NCBI GenBank assembly: GCA_951406725.2
Contig: OX597828.1
Span: 66,154,001-66,218,000 of the forward strand
Direction of reading: 5' to 3'
DNA: 64,000 nucleotides
DNA from: Octopus vulgaris
Taxonomy: Eukaryota
The notes beneath the pieces were generated by a model. The model saw only the letters and a program-made list of their open reading frames with translations. It searched no databases and was not told the origin of the DNA. A program made the position numbers and the translations under genes. The stretch's first letter is position 1, and the number at the start of each line of letters is the position of its first letter. Positions 40,484 to 53,210 of the stretch are shown here, piece by piece.

Positions 40484-40825
40484 TCTCTATATATATAAAC
40501 GGCAAAATGTCTGTCTGTGTCCTTTATACAGATCTACAATTTTTCAGTTAGAGGGCTCGCACTTTCTATGGTCATTCAAAACCGTCCAAGGGTGGTCGTG
40601 CACATCTTTACATTTCCCCAGTCACCCCGCAAAGCCATTAAAAAATCAATAGAAGTGACTTTTTTGTGAATTTTCTATCCAAAACCCAATCAAAATACCT
40701 GAAACTTGATACGCCAATTGAATGCCAGCTAGCTGTATGTGATTGGTCGGAGATTTGGACAGTACTCGCGTGTATGTGCGCATGCACTAGCACTATGACC
40801 CGGCAACGCAGGGTCATAGTGCTAG
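40484..40825 (+). mobile_element. Non-autonomous Helitron, copy 2
   Basis: A|TC start, gacccggcaacgcagggtc hairpin, CTAG|T end. Confidence 0.8.
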
Positions 40826-41823
40826 TTATATATATAATTATTATGGAAGATATGAAGAGTTTAGGTCAAGGTAACTCAAACTAAAAGGTATGCTTTCTGA
40901 GTGCTCCAACAGGTAATCCGCCAAAGTATAATTATGTGTATAGGTGCAGGTATGGCTCTGTGGTTAATGGAATTCACTTCAAAACCACATAATTTTAGGC
41001 TCAGTACTATTGCATGGTTGGTGCCTTTTACTATAGCCCTAGGCTAATTAAAGCCTTGTGAGTGTATCATAGGCACAAGGTGGCCTGTGTGGTAAGAAAC
41101 TTGTTTCCTAACCGCATGGTTCTGGGTTCAGTCCCACAGCATGGCACCTTGGGCAAGTGTCTTCTATTAGAGTCACAGCCTGACCAAAGCTTTGTGAGTG
41201 GATTTGGTAGGTAGAAACTAAAAGAAGCCGTGTGTATGTGTGTGTGTGTTTGCCCCCCTCCCCACCACCACTGCTTGATAATTGGTATTGGTGTGTTTGC
41301 ATCCCTGTAACATAGAAGTTTGGCAAAAGAGATTGATATAAGTACTGGGCTTTAAAAAGTAAGTCCTGAGGTTTATCTGTTCAACTAAGACCCTTCAAGG
41401 CAGTGCCCCAGCATGGCAACAGCCAAATGACAGAAACAAATAACAGATAAAAGGTAGGAAAAGTTATTGGCCAGCAGTTACAAGTGCTTCTCTCATGATC
41501 AACTGACCATATGTCGGATGCTCGAGAGAAGGAACACAATGTTTATAAAGAAGTATGGTAATTACTAATTTCAAATAAATGTTGTTTTTTTTTATTACAT
41601 GTGTTAATTTCTCTTGCCCCACATTCAGTCTCCTCACAGAATAATTTGCTGAAAATATTTTCCCATTTCAATTGGCTGGTCAAATTTTTAACCCATGCAA
41701 TACCAGGAAACTCTGCAATCCTCTGGTTGGCCAGTTCCTGTTGAACTATCCACCTCATGCCACAGACTTTAAATGATGATGATGACAATAATGACACATC
41801 TATATATAGATATATGTATAAAC

Positions 41824-42055
41824 AGCGGTGAGCTGGCAGACACGTTAGCACGGCGGGCAAAATACGTAGCCGTATTTCGTCTGTTGCTACGTTCCGAGTT
41901 CAAATTCCACCGAGGTTGACTTTGCCTTTCATCCTTTTGGGGTCGATAAATTAAGTACTAGTTACGCACTGGGGTCGATGTAATCGACTTAATCCTTTTG
42001 TCTGTCCTTGTTTGTCCCCTCTGTGTTTATCCCCTTGTGGGTAGTAAAGAAATAT
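41824..42055 (+). mobile_element. tRNA-derived SINE family A. Other copies at about 10745-10915(-), 12833-13072(-), 20820-21043(-), 31138-31350(+), 34300-34527(+)
   Basis: Head gagctggcaga with B-box gagttcaaattcc, core gactttgcctttcatcctttcggggtcgataaattaagtac, tail gtgggtagtaaagaaata. Confidence 0.85.
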
Positions 42056-42737
42056 ATATATACATATATGTATAAATATATACATAGACATGCAAATGTC
42101 CATGAATAAACATACCTATATTCATATATGTAAGTAAATTGTCATCATCCCCATTGTATTAACATTTACAGATGCCCTTCTTGACACCATCCCTAACCTG
42201 TTTCCAAGTAAGATAATAATTACCCAGTCTACTGAACAGTGAATAGCTCAAACAAGATATAGTGGACAACTTGAAACAAATGATACATTTTCGTATGAAT
42301 GGTGAGGTTTTGTTTACAGTCACGAGGTTGACTTTGCCTTTCATCCTTTTGGGGTCGATAAATTAAGTACTAGTTACACACTGGGGTCGATGTAATCGAC
42401 TTAATCCTTTTGTCTGTCCTTGTTTGTCCCCTCTGTGTTTATCCCCTTGTGGGTAGTAAAGAAATATATATATACACATATATGTATAAATATATACATA
42501 GACATACAAATGTCCATGAATAAACATACCTATATTCATATATGTAAGTAAATTGTCATCATCCCCATTGTATTAACATTTACAGATGCCCTTCTTGACA
42601 CCATCCCTAACCTGTTTCCAAGTAAGATAATAATTACCCAGTCTACTGAACAGTGAATAGCTCAAACAAGATATAGTGGACAACTTGAAACAAATGATAC
42701 ATTTTCGTATGAATGGTGAGGTTTTGTTTACAGTCAC
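41911..42737 (+). repeat. Near-perfect tandem duplication, unit about 412-414 bp
   Basis: 41911-42323 is repeated at 42323-42737 (SINE 3' half plus flanking sequence). Confidence 0.92.
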
Positions 42738-43214
42738 TGCACACATAACAAGAGTGAAAATATGTACTCACAGACACACACACATTCCATTTTTATATGT
42801 GGTTTGCAAGATGTGAACAAGTGTGTTGAAACAGATTTTGTTGTACCATGGGAGGGTCATTATACCAAAAATAAACATACACAGATTCAATTTCACTTCA
42901 TTATTATTATCATTTGTCAATTGGTTAGCTATTTAACCAATTGATTATTTGATTAATCATTCACTTAATCAATCCTGTTTGCCAAAGTCCTTTTGTTTCC
43001 ATATGCCGGTGGCACATAAAAAGCACCCACTACACTCTCGGAGTGGTTGGCGTTAGGAAGGGCATCAAGCTGTAGAATCACTGCCAAAATCAGACTGGAG
43101 CCTGGTGCAGCCAGTCTGGCTTCCCGGTCGAACTGTCCAACCCATGTTAGCATAGAAAATGGACATTAAACGATGATGATGATGATCTATTAATACAATA
43201 TTATTTTCGATGTA

Positions 43215-44413
43215 CAAGGGTTGGACAAAATAATGGAAACACCTTAAAATTTCACACTTGTACATACTTGTACAAAGTCTGAATTGTTTCCAAAGGAATT
43301 TTTGTCCATTCTTCAGCTAAAACAGTCTCCAGTTCTTGTAGTGATGATGGTGGAGGATATCGACTCCTTACTTGTTTTTCCAAAATGCACCATAAATGTT
43401 CAATAATATTAAGATCTGAGGACTGTGGTGGCCAGATAATATGTTCAACTTCACTAGAATGTTCCTCGTGCCATTCAGTAACAACTTTAGCTGTGTGAAT
43501 TGGTGCATTATCATCCTGAAAGATTGTGATTCCCTCCAGAAACAGTTCCGCAACCATAGGATGAATTTGATCAGATAAAATGCTTAAATAGTTTTGACTG
43601 TTAATTCTACCATGAAGGGAAACCATTGGGTTGGCGGATTTCCAAGATATAGCCCCTCAGATCATCACAGGTCCTCCTCCATGTTTAACAGTTGAAAGAA
43701 GGCAGTATGGGTCAAATGCTTCTTTTGGCTGTCTCCACATGTATACTCGGTTGGTGGTTGGAAATAAGGTAAAGGATGATTTGCCCGAGAAAATAACATT
43801 CTTCCACTGCTCTAGGGACTAATTCTATAGGTTTTTACTCCACTCTAAACGCTTTGCAATGTTTGTTTGGAAAACAGTAGGTTTCTGATTGCAGCCCTCC
43901 CCTGAAATCCAGCTTTGTGCAGCTCCCAGTGAACAGTTTTCATGGAAACTGGGTTCTCAAAGTGGTCATTAAGCTCTGCAGTAATTTTGGGAGCTGTACT
44001 TTTGTGATCCTTTCTAACAATTCGCATAAGAGTCCAACGGTCCCTATCTGAAAGTTTTGGTTTTCTTCCAGTGTCTTATTTCGACAAGGAGGTTTTCCCC
44101 TATTTCTCAAAGGCTGTTATTACTTTCGAGACAGTACTTCTTGATACACCAAACATTTCGGCTGTTTTCGTTACACTAGTGCCTGCCTTATGAGCATGAA
44201 CAATTTGATCTCTTTGAAAGTCCAATGGATCTGTCATTTTAATTACCTTTTTCTGATATCTGAAAAGAAACAGCAATTTTAGCAAAACATATTAAGTAAC
44301 ACTAATAATAAATCAAAAAACATAAAAATAAACAAGCTTTTGATGGTTTTATAGATATTTCAAAATTATGATGCTATGATGCTAGGTGTTTCCATTATTT
44401 TGTCCAACCCCTA
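43215..44413 (-). mobile_element. Tc1-like DNA transposon (about 1.2 kb, DD36E spacing), defective transposase
   Basis: About 30-bp TIRs (caagggttggacaaaataatggaaacacct / aggtgtttccattattttgtccaacccct) with TA flanks. Fragmented HTH and FQDDNAPIH...WPPQSSDLNIIE catalytic region. Confidence 0.92.
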
Positions 44414-45785
44414 TATATCTTCTGTGATGATTATTTTGCAATTCTCCTGCTCTTATTTTATGATATATAAATATATACTTATATATGTATGTATATATAC
44501 ATATATATATGCATGTATACATATATATGTATACATATACATATGTATATATACATATATATGTCGAAGAGCATAGGCTTGAAATGTATAAGACTTTCTC
44601 ACTTCCTGAGCATTAAACTAATACATCTGTTTGTTGTTTACACACCCGTCTTTGTCTTTTGTTAATTCTCACTATACACACACACACACACATATATAAG
44701 TGGCAAGTGAACTCCATAACCCTTTAGATTTCAGATTACTCTGTCAAATGTAATGCTTATTTATTCACACCATCTTGAATTAATCATGCATTATCTCAAA
44801 GCTCTATGAATTCAAAGATGTGATTATTTTTTGAATGATGTTGTAGAATAAATGTGGGAGGCCAGATCTGGCCTGTTCAAACATAAAACAAATTGAATAC
44901 GTGGGCTGGATATGGCCAGTTTAAATATATATGTATAAAATATGCATACATATATACATATAGAATTTGGTGAGACAGATTTTCTAAAACCAAATAACCT
45001 TCCCGTTACCAATTCTTACCTGTTTCCAAGCAAGGCAATATTTCCCCATCACCAAACATTTTCACAAAAGATAGGAAACAAAAATGATGATGATGGTGGT
45101 GTCAAGACAAGGAGATAGTGACAGACACACACAAATATATATATATATATATATATAGTGACAGACACACACAAATATATTATGATGGGCTTCTTTCAGT
45201 TTCTATCTACCATGTATGTGCCTGTGTTTGTCCCTCCACCATTGCAGTTCAGCAAAAGAGACTTACAAAGAATAAGTCCTGGGTTCAATTTGTTTGACTG
45301 ACAGGAGAATCTATCATTTTATATTCTATTACACACACACACACACACACACACATGTACTTGTTAGACTCATTGTCAGCAATATATTTTATGTATTTTA
45401 CTAGGTTTTGTTTCTGAGTTCAAATTTCCCTATTTGTTTCCTTAATGAGGTATGGCCTCTACATTATAGAATCTCTACAAAAAGACAGCCTCTTTTGATT
45501 TCTTAAAATTTATGAGACATAGAATCCAATACCTGCTACAAATCTAAATAGCCATAGTCGCAGTATTAATTAAAATATTTTCCCTTTATGTTTAAAGAAA
45601 GAAAAAGAATGGAAAGTACTGAATGGAAAATACCATCTGATAAAATGTTTTCGGAAATGACAATATCACAGATTATGATTTGTTGAAACTAACAAATAAA
45701 ATTAAAACATTTATTTGTAGTAATTCTTAATTTAGTTTAAAATTCAATATCTGTACAGAGTTAGAACAATTTTAATGATTTATTG

Positions 45786-46543
45786 GGAAGAGGTAGACCC
45801 AGGAAGACCTGGGATGAAGTGGTGAAGCACGACCTTCAAACATTAAGCCTCACCAAGGAAATGACTAGTGACCGAGACTTTTGGAAATATGCTGTGCTCG
45901 AGAAGACCCGGCAAGCCAAATGAGACCATAACCTGTGGCCTATGCCAGGAGCGTAACCAGCCCACTTATGCGTACCTTTCCTTCTTTGGTCACTAAACTC
46001 TGCTTGCGAAGACCTGTTGAGGCAAGTGAAATCAAAACCAAAATCAAATTCGATGACTGGCATTCGTGCTAGCGGGGTGCAAAGAGCACCATACGAGTGC
46101 GATCGTTGACAGAGCAGCTATTTGAGTATGATCATTACCAGTGTCGCCTTACTGGCACTTATGCCTGTGCTAGTAGAGTGCCAAGAGCACCATCCAAGTG
46201 TGATCGTTACCAGAGCAGCCAACTGGCTTCCATACCCGTGACACATAAAAGGGCACCATTCGAGCGTGATCGTTACCAACGTCACTTCACTGGCACTTGT
46301 AAAAAGATTCGAGCGAAGTCATTGCCAGTGCCGCCTGACTGGCCCCCGTGCTGGTGGCACGTAAAAAGCACCCACTACACTCTCGGAGTGGTTGGCGTTA
46401 GGAAAGGCATCCGGCTGTAGAAACTCTGCCAGATCAAGATTGGAGCCTGGTGCAGTCATCTGGCTCGCCAGCCCTCAGTCAAAATCTCCAACCCATGCTA
46501 GCATGGAAAGCGGACGTTAAACGTTGATGATGAATGATGATGA
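45786..46543 (+). mobile_element. RTE LINE 3' end: ORF C-terminus plus repeat-containing 3' UTR and (GAT)n tail
   Basis: GRGRPRKTWDEVVKHDLQTL...WKYAVLEKTRQAK* runs directly into the abundant ...ccaacccatgctagcatggaaagcggacgttaaac(gat)n tail. Confidence 0.85.
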
Positions 46544-49500
46544 TTGGGACTAAATTCTAATAGATTTTTTTCTCTCTAGCTAAGACACACATCATTTATT
46601 TGCAAAATACTTTAACCCTTTAGGATCCAGAACATTGTTTTGAACCAACATGAAATTTCACTGACATGATTATTCATTTTTAGAATGATATTATAAAAAG
46701 TAGAGGCCAGATCTGGTCAGTTTAAATATAAAACTGGTGGAATAATTTGGGCCAGACAAGGCCACTTTAAATGGTAAAGGGTCAATGACTAGTGTCAACT
46801 TTAAAAGTGATACTAAAAGTTTTACAAGCTTATGACTAGTGCCAGCAACTGCAACTATTATTACAGTACAACATTATTAATCCTAACTTCAAAGAGAAAA
46901 ATGAATCTGAAGACTATACTTGGACCTCATCCTGACAAAAACTCAAGGATGGATTTTGATTTCTATTGTAGGTTTCATGTCAGTAGCTGTTATGGCTGTT
47001 AAAATGGTGAAAATAAGAAGTAGGGTCCTGACTGACTTGAACAATTCAATCTTTGTTCTTAGTTTTCATTTTTCTTTTTTAACTTAATCAGCAGCAAGTA
47101 TAATAGGAATGGAAAATAATAAAACATTTTAATTATTGGTAAAAAAAAAAATGACTTTCCATTTTCACAAACTTTTGTGAGCAAACTAAAAATATTACAG
47201 CACATCAATTAATCAAAGCTGTCATGTTGAAGGTTATGTGTTAAATACAGAACTAGAATTAAATGTACCAAATTTTAGCAAGTTTTCTTTGACTTGATAT
47301 GAAATTACTAAGCAAAATAATATAAGCTGACATGCGATGCATCACATGTGAATAGAACCAGATGAGTGACTATTCCATGAATTAATCTGAGGTAGATCCA
47401 TTAATACAATAGAGATTTATTTTCAAATTTGCCTTTAAACATCTTAAAATACCACACAAAGCACCAAATAGAAAAGTGGGGTCAAATTTTTAAGGTTTCT
47501 CTTATTTTATTCATTTATAAACATTAAAAGATTCAATATAAACACAAATAATCATATATACTTTGAAAAAAAAAACAAAAGAAAGGCTTTTTAATATTAC
47601 TAATACTTATTCAGTAAGAGACTGAAAGTTAATAGTTACATAAATATATTCATGTATTTTACATTTAAAAAAATGGTATATATATCTTTTAAAAGTTCCA
47701 AGTTCTCAGAAAATAATTACATCATGTTTATATTGAAGTTTCAAAACCCAAAAAAAAAAAAAAAAAAAGAAAGATATATAACTATGAATTAAAGCTGGAA
47801 AAACACATGAGTAATTTGGTTTTCCATGCTAGCATGGCTTAAATGTTACATTGTGGGTAGGAGTGTAATTTTGCTTCCCACATTATCCATCATAAAGTCA
47901 GTTAAGTGGCAACCATAAATGATACCTCCATCTGTCAGTAGATGTAACAAAATTATCACCTCAAATTGAAGCTTGTCTTAACATTTACTTTATCAATTAA
48001 CTCCAAATTAAAAATGCATAATGAAATGTATTTTCTAAGTTAATAGTAAGAAAGTTGTCAAATGAAAATGACTAAAAATGTTTACCAGCCAGAGCACAGT
48101 CATCCACCTCTTTTATTTGAAGACAACTATCAAGAATTACATTTAATTTTAGTTTCAGCAATCAAAATGCTTTTATGAAGACAAAATCACAAAGTCAGCT
48201 TTGTTAATTAAACAAAACAGCAACAACATGAATAACAACAGTATACAGATAAAAAATTTGTTTCAAATACAAATATTAATTTATAAGGAAATGTGATGAA
48301 ACAACCAAAATACAACATTAAATACAAAAATTTGTTGAGCTGATGGAAAAAAAAAATGTTTTGAAGTCGGAACTACATAACTAAAACAATGCTTTCACTT
48401 CCACTTAAGAGAAACATCAGCATATTTCAAACATTCACTATCTCAGATTATCAGCTTAACCATTCTACTTTGTGTAATGATCTTTCAAAATATAACAGAT
48501 GTCAACTACTTTCTAATGGTTGTAAGAAGTATTCAAGATAACATCACTGTATACAACCAAAAGATCAGACTCGAACGTTCTCAGGTGAACTGCCTACACA
48601 TAGTCGAAGAAATTAAATCACAATAATCATAATAATTACTATTGAGGATATTCATGAGAAAACCATTATAGAAGAATTTAAATTACATATGCTGACACGT
48701 ACAAGCACACACACATGCACACGCGCACACACAAGCTCAAATATAAAGCAGATACTTCAATCATAAATCACACACAATTTTAGTACAATATAGTTAAGTC
48801 AAAGTTATAAATATATCATAGCAGCTCAAAGATAAAGACAATCAGATATTGAATATAAGATGCCAGCAGTAAAGACAAACACGTTTTATCAACTATAATG
48901 GTTGAATTAAAAAATTCCATGAATAATGTATCAAAAGACAGTTCAAATGATCCAAGTAATGGATATTTCAATATATATTTACAGTCATTGGTATCCACTG
49001 TGTGTGAATGTAGTTCAACTTGGAAAGAACAGAGGGGGGTCAGTTGGGTAAAAATTAGACAGTAAGAAACACTCAATTGTGTAATGAGTGGGTTGCTTCA
49101 CTTAAGTGTAGAACATAGTGAAGCGAGGGGGAGGGGGGTTGGCAGGGGCGCGGGGGGGAGGGAGAACACACACAACCTTTTCAGTCAGTGCTATACAATA
49201 TGCTGCCTTGCGAGCTGATCAACATCAAGAGAGCCCCCCACCCTGTACACCTTATGGTAGGAGAGGGTCATGACAAACAAAGTGTACCTTTCAATGGTAA
49301 CACAATTCAGATTAACAAGGTACTTTATGGTGTTATGAATAACAAAAATAACAATACAGAGAAAGAAGTAAACAACAACCTGAATAGACAACAAAGTCAA
49401 CTTGATTAACCAAGCCCAGAATCATGAAAGATGAGAGGAACCGAACAGGTAGCCCCTCACAAATCAAACACATTAACACACATATATACTAACATACATG

Positions 49501-50658
49501 CACAGATACAGACACACACATAAGGCCCAAAAGTTAAAATAAAATTGTGAAGTAGCATGAGATTTCAAAGGGTAATAAAAAGCATGTTTTGTTTATATTA
49601 TAATGCTGTTACTGTTTTCATAGTATTATTCCATTTGAAATATCATTGATTAAATTTTGATTAGAATTTAATTAAATAGAATCCTTACACTGTTATTACA
49701 TGTAGAATTATTAAGTATCGACTTACTGAGAATAAAACTAAGAATCCCTACACTATTTTCAATATCAGTCTCTGATGTGATTAGTGTTTCACCAACTGTG
49801 ATCCTTCAGACAAGTTATATAAAAAAAAATTTTAAAAACACGGTGAAATGGTTGAGGTAACCAAGGTAAACTGATTGAGTTATTTTATATGGAGGAGCTT
49901 GTTACTTTTGGGTCATATTTTGTGTGCATGTTTTTAAAAAAATATTAAATAAAATAGAAAAAAAAGATAAATGATTTGTACAAAGGGAGGAGAAAGTTAT
50001 GGAAGACTAGGACCCCTTTACCAATTGGAAATTACACGAATAAATGTGACAACATATTGAATACATTTATAAAGTGGCAGTGATACTACATATGAAAACT
50101 ATCCCTTTTTGGCTGAAAGGAAACCTTGAATGCATTAGCAAACATTACATTAAATAGACAAGAACCAATTGATAAATACATAAATTTGAAACAGTTTACA
50201 TAAGAAAAATATATCAGTAACACCTTACTGAGAAGAAATTTGTGATGTATTTGTATTTTAAAACTAAAAAAAAAAAAAACACAAACCCCTAAAATGCTGA
50301 AAAATTATATATATATATACTGTATATTTATGCTACACACACATGTGAATCATACATATAACATACATCCAAATATGCACACACAGAAGTAAAAAGGTAG
50401 TTAAACACAAGAGAAATAAAGAATATGATCTCCAACCAGCCTGGTGCTAGTCACATCCTTGCCCTTATAAATGTACTTTACTATTCTTTTCTCTGGTTAT
50501 CATCAGCTGATGTTTCCTAGTACTTTAGTTACCTCTCCCTTCTCTCATTTTCCTTTTAACCCCTCCCCCACTAATTTCCACTCTACCCCCATCAATGTGC
50601 ACCCTTTTACAGCTTGTATATTTGTAAACACTGCTGTGAAATATGCTTTAAATCACAT

Positions 50659-50792
50659 TCTTCTGATGAAGGTGACATGACAACCTTATGGATCTATAAG
50701 AACTTGTGTTATTCTATACACCTACAATACTATTGGTCTTTTATGCTGTGGTTATAGCATAAGACATGGTTCACCTGAAACAGCTGTCAAGA
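50659..50792 (+). ncRNA. Type I hammerhead ribozyme motif, intact core, extended stem II
   Basis: TCTT-CTGATGA-AGGTGA...TCACCT-GAAAC-AGCT-GTC-AAGA. Stems I, II and III pair and the cleavage triplet is GUC. Confidence 0.75.
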
Positions 50793-51044
50793 TTACATAA
50801 CTCTTGTTGTTTGTTTTGTATTCTATGTAAATATACTTATCAAGCTTACTTGTGTTTATCTGCCTTTTTACTTCCATACATACTCAACAGGGATTGTTCT
50901 TATAACCGACTTTTTACACTGGAAATACCTGTCCAGGATAAAAGAGTCGGAATATGAGCTCTTATTTATCTGAACACTAGTTTGTGAATATTTATACCGT
51001 GCTTGCTTTAGCATTGTCCAATAACTACTCTCTCTTTCTCATAA

Positions 51045-51085
51045 ATATATACACACACATACACATAATACACACATGCATATGC

Positions 51086-51139
<54 letters not shown>

Positions 51140-51214
51140 TAAATATACATACATGCATATGCATTTTATATATATATATATATATATATACACATAAATA
51201 TACATACATGCATA

Positions 51215-51254
<40 letters not shown>

Positions 51255-51340
51255 AATATACATACATGCATATGCATTATATATATATATATACATACAT
51301 ACATGTGTGTACATATATAACATGCATATATACATACATT
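51045..51340. repeat. Higher-order tandem repeat of (TA)n plus acacataaatatacatacatgcatatgcat
   Basis: The unit recurs 3-4 times with variable TA length. Confidence 0.9.
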
Positions 51341-53176
51341 ATGAAAACAAAGAGAAAGATCTCTTGTTGAATAGTTTGTACATATCTTTTTTTATTAAAG
51401 AGGATTACTGGAATGTAGAAAAGAACATTTTTTCTTTGATTGAATAAACTGCTAAAATTTATTTATAGTGATCAGTTCATTAGTAAAATAGTAATTAATA
51501 TCAGAATCATCACATGATAGGAAAACCAATATTACAACATAACATCCTTAATTACTGCACTACAAGTTCATAACTAACTGCGGTCTAATGTCTAAAGCCA
51601 AAAAGGAAAGTGTATGAAGAAGTTTTATCTGCTTTGTTTGTTGGGTGGATGATCAAAATGTTATACAATAAACAATGAAAATGGTTGTGAAACAAAACCT
51701 AAAAATGGAATTAAAATAAACAATAAAGACACAGAAACAGGAGGAAGTTGACAGGTGTACAATGGATAGCTTTCTTGAAATCTCAGACAAGAAAATCTGA
51801 AAGCATTGTGCTATATACAGAGCTGTCAGATATATATTATTATCTGCAGCAAATTCAAGTGAAACATTTCAAGCACATACAATTTGAGACCTTCCTTTTT
51901 ACCATAACTCAGATCTTAGTGCAACTTCAGTTTTAATACATTAGAATTTCTAATGGGTTTAATACAGAAACCAAGCCTTGTTTCTTTATATTTACACAGA
52001 TTCAAAGATTTCAAAGAGAAATTCTTTACAAAATGTAATTCATATAATCTTGCTGTATATACCAAATATACCCCTCACCAATTACAGAATAATTATGTTA
52101 AGTTATAAACACTACACTACAAGTTTTACTGAAGAACTCAAATATATATTTTAATGTCTACATATATTTAATTATTAAGGAAATTAACTTAATATGACAA
52201 CACAATTCAAATATTTTCCAGCCCCTTTCCAAAATGCTAAAAATATGAACTTAATGTCAAAATTATACCACCCCATCTTGTAATATAAGAATTAATATAT
52301 CTTATACATTTCCAGATACTCGAAAATCTTACATGAAATTGTTAGATTCACCACTTCAGACTCAAACATGAATTTCCCTACTACAATGTTAGCAGATTTA
52401 AATAGGGGAAGAGGAGGAAATCTTTCTCTGGTAAAGGCGCCCTGTGAATGCTGACTGGACAGTTTAGGGTTCCACAAACAATTGAAATTTGTGTTTTTAA
52501 GACATCTATTCATTTCAGGTTTTGTTTTTGCTTTGTTTTTTTGCTTCCTTCTTTGGAAAGAAAAAAGACTTAATTTTTTTCAAATAATTAGTATTCTCTA
52601 ATGCTGTTTTAATAGTAAGTTTTTCAAATCATCAGAGAAAATATCTAATTTATAAATGGACATTTCCAACAGATGAAATTTATTGAACTAATATTTATCA
52701 AGGTTCAAAGTTGTGTCTTTAGGGCTTTTTGCAAAGTAAAAACAGATTACTTTGTTAAATTAGAAATAATACTTTATAAGTTAAACGATAATCTACTTAG
52801 GATAGTTCTGACATGTTCAGTCATTTAGGTTAAAAACTGCACCAATAAATCAATTTAACAGCTTATAAAAAGAATCATAACAAAGAGACTTTTTGCTGAA
52901 TATGCTTTAGAGTCATAATAATTTGTTTAAAAAATTGTAAAACAAATTTCCCTTGAAAAACAAATTTTTAAAGTTATTGAAGAGTTGGTAAATATTATTA
53001 CATCTCAGTTATTATTCAAAAGAGACACACATGAAATAAAATTATAATAGATATAAAGTTGTGTAATTGAAGTGATTAAAATGTGGTAAAAAGAATCCTA
53101 CATTTTCATAACTGCATATTACAAGCAACTTGTAATCAAAGAAAATTTCAGGCAATTTCTTAATGCTAAAGAGATC

Positions 53177-53210
<34 letters not shown>

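Noticed and set aside
41543-41860. 105-aa ORF as a candidate MRPL24 5' exon
   Set aside because: It overlaps a SINE and a decayed RTE tail and has no MRPL24 motifs or suitable splice sites.
46080-46370. Regularly spaced short repeats resembling a CRISPR array
   Set aside because: They are degenerate tandem units within a LINE 3' UTR in eukaryotic DNA, with no unique spacers and no cas genes.
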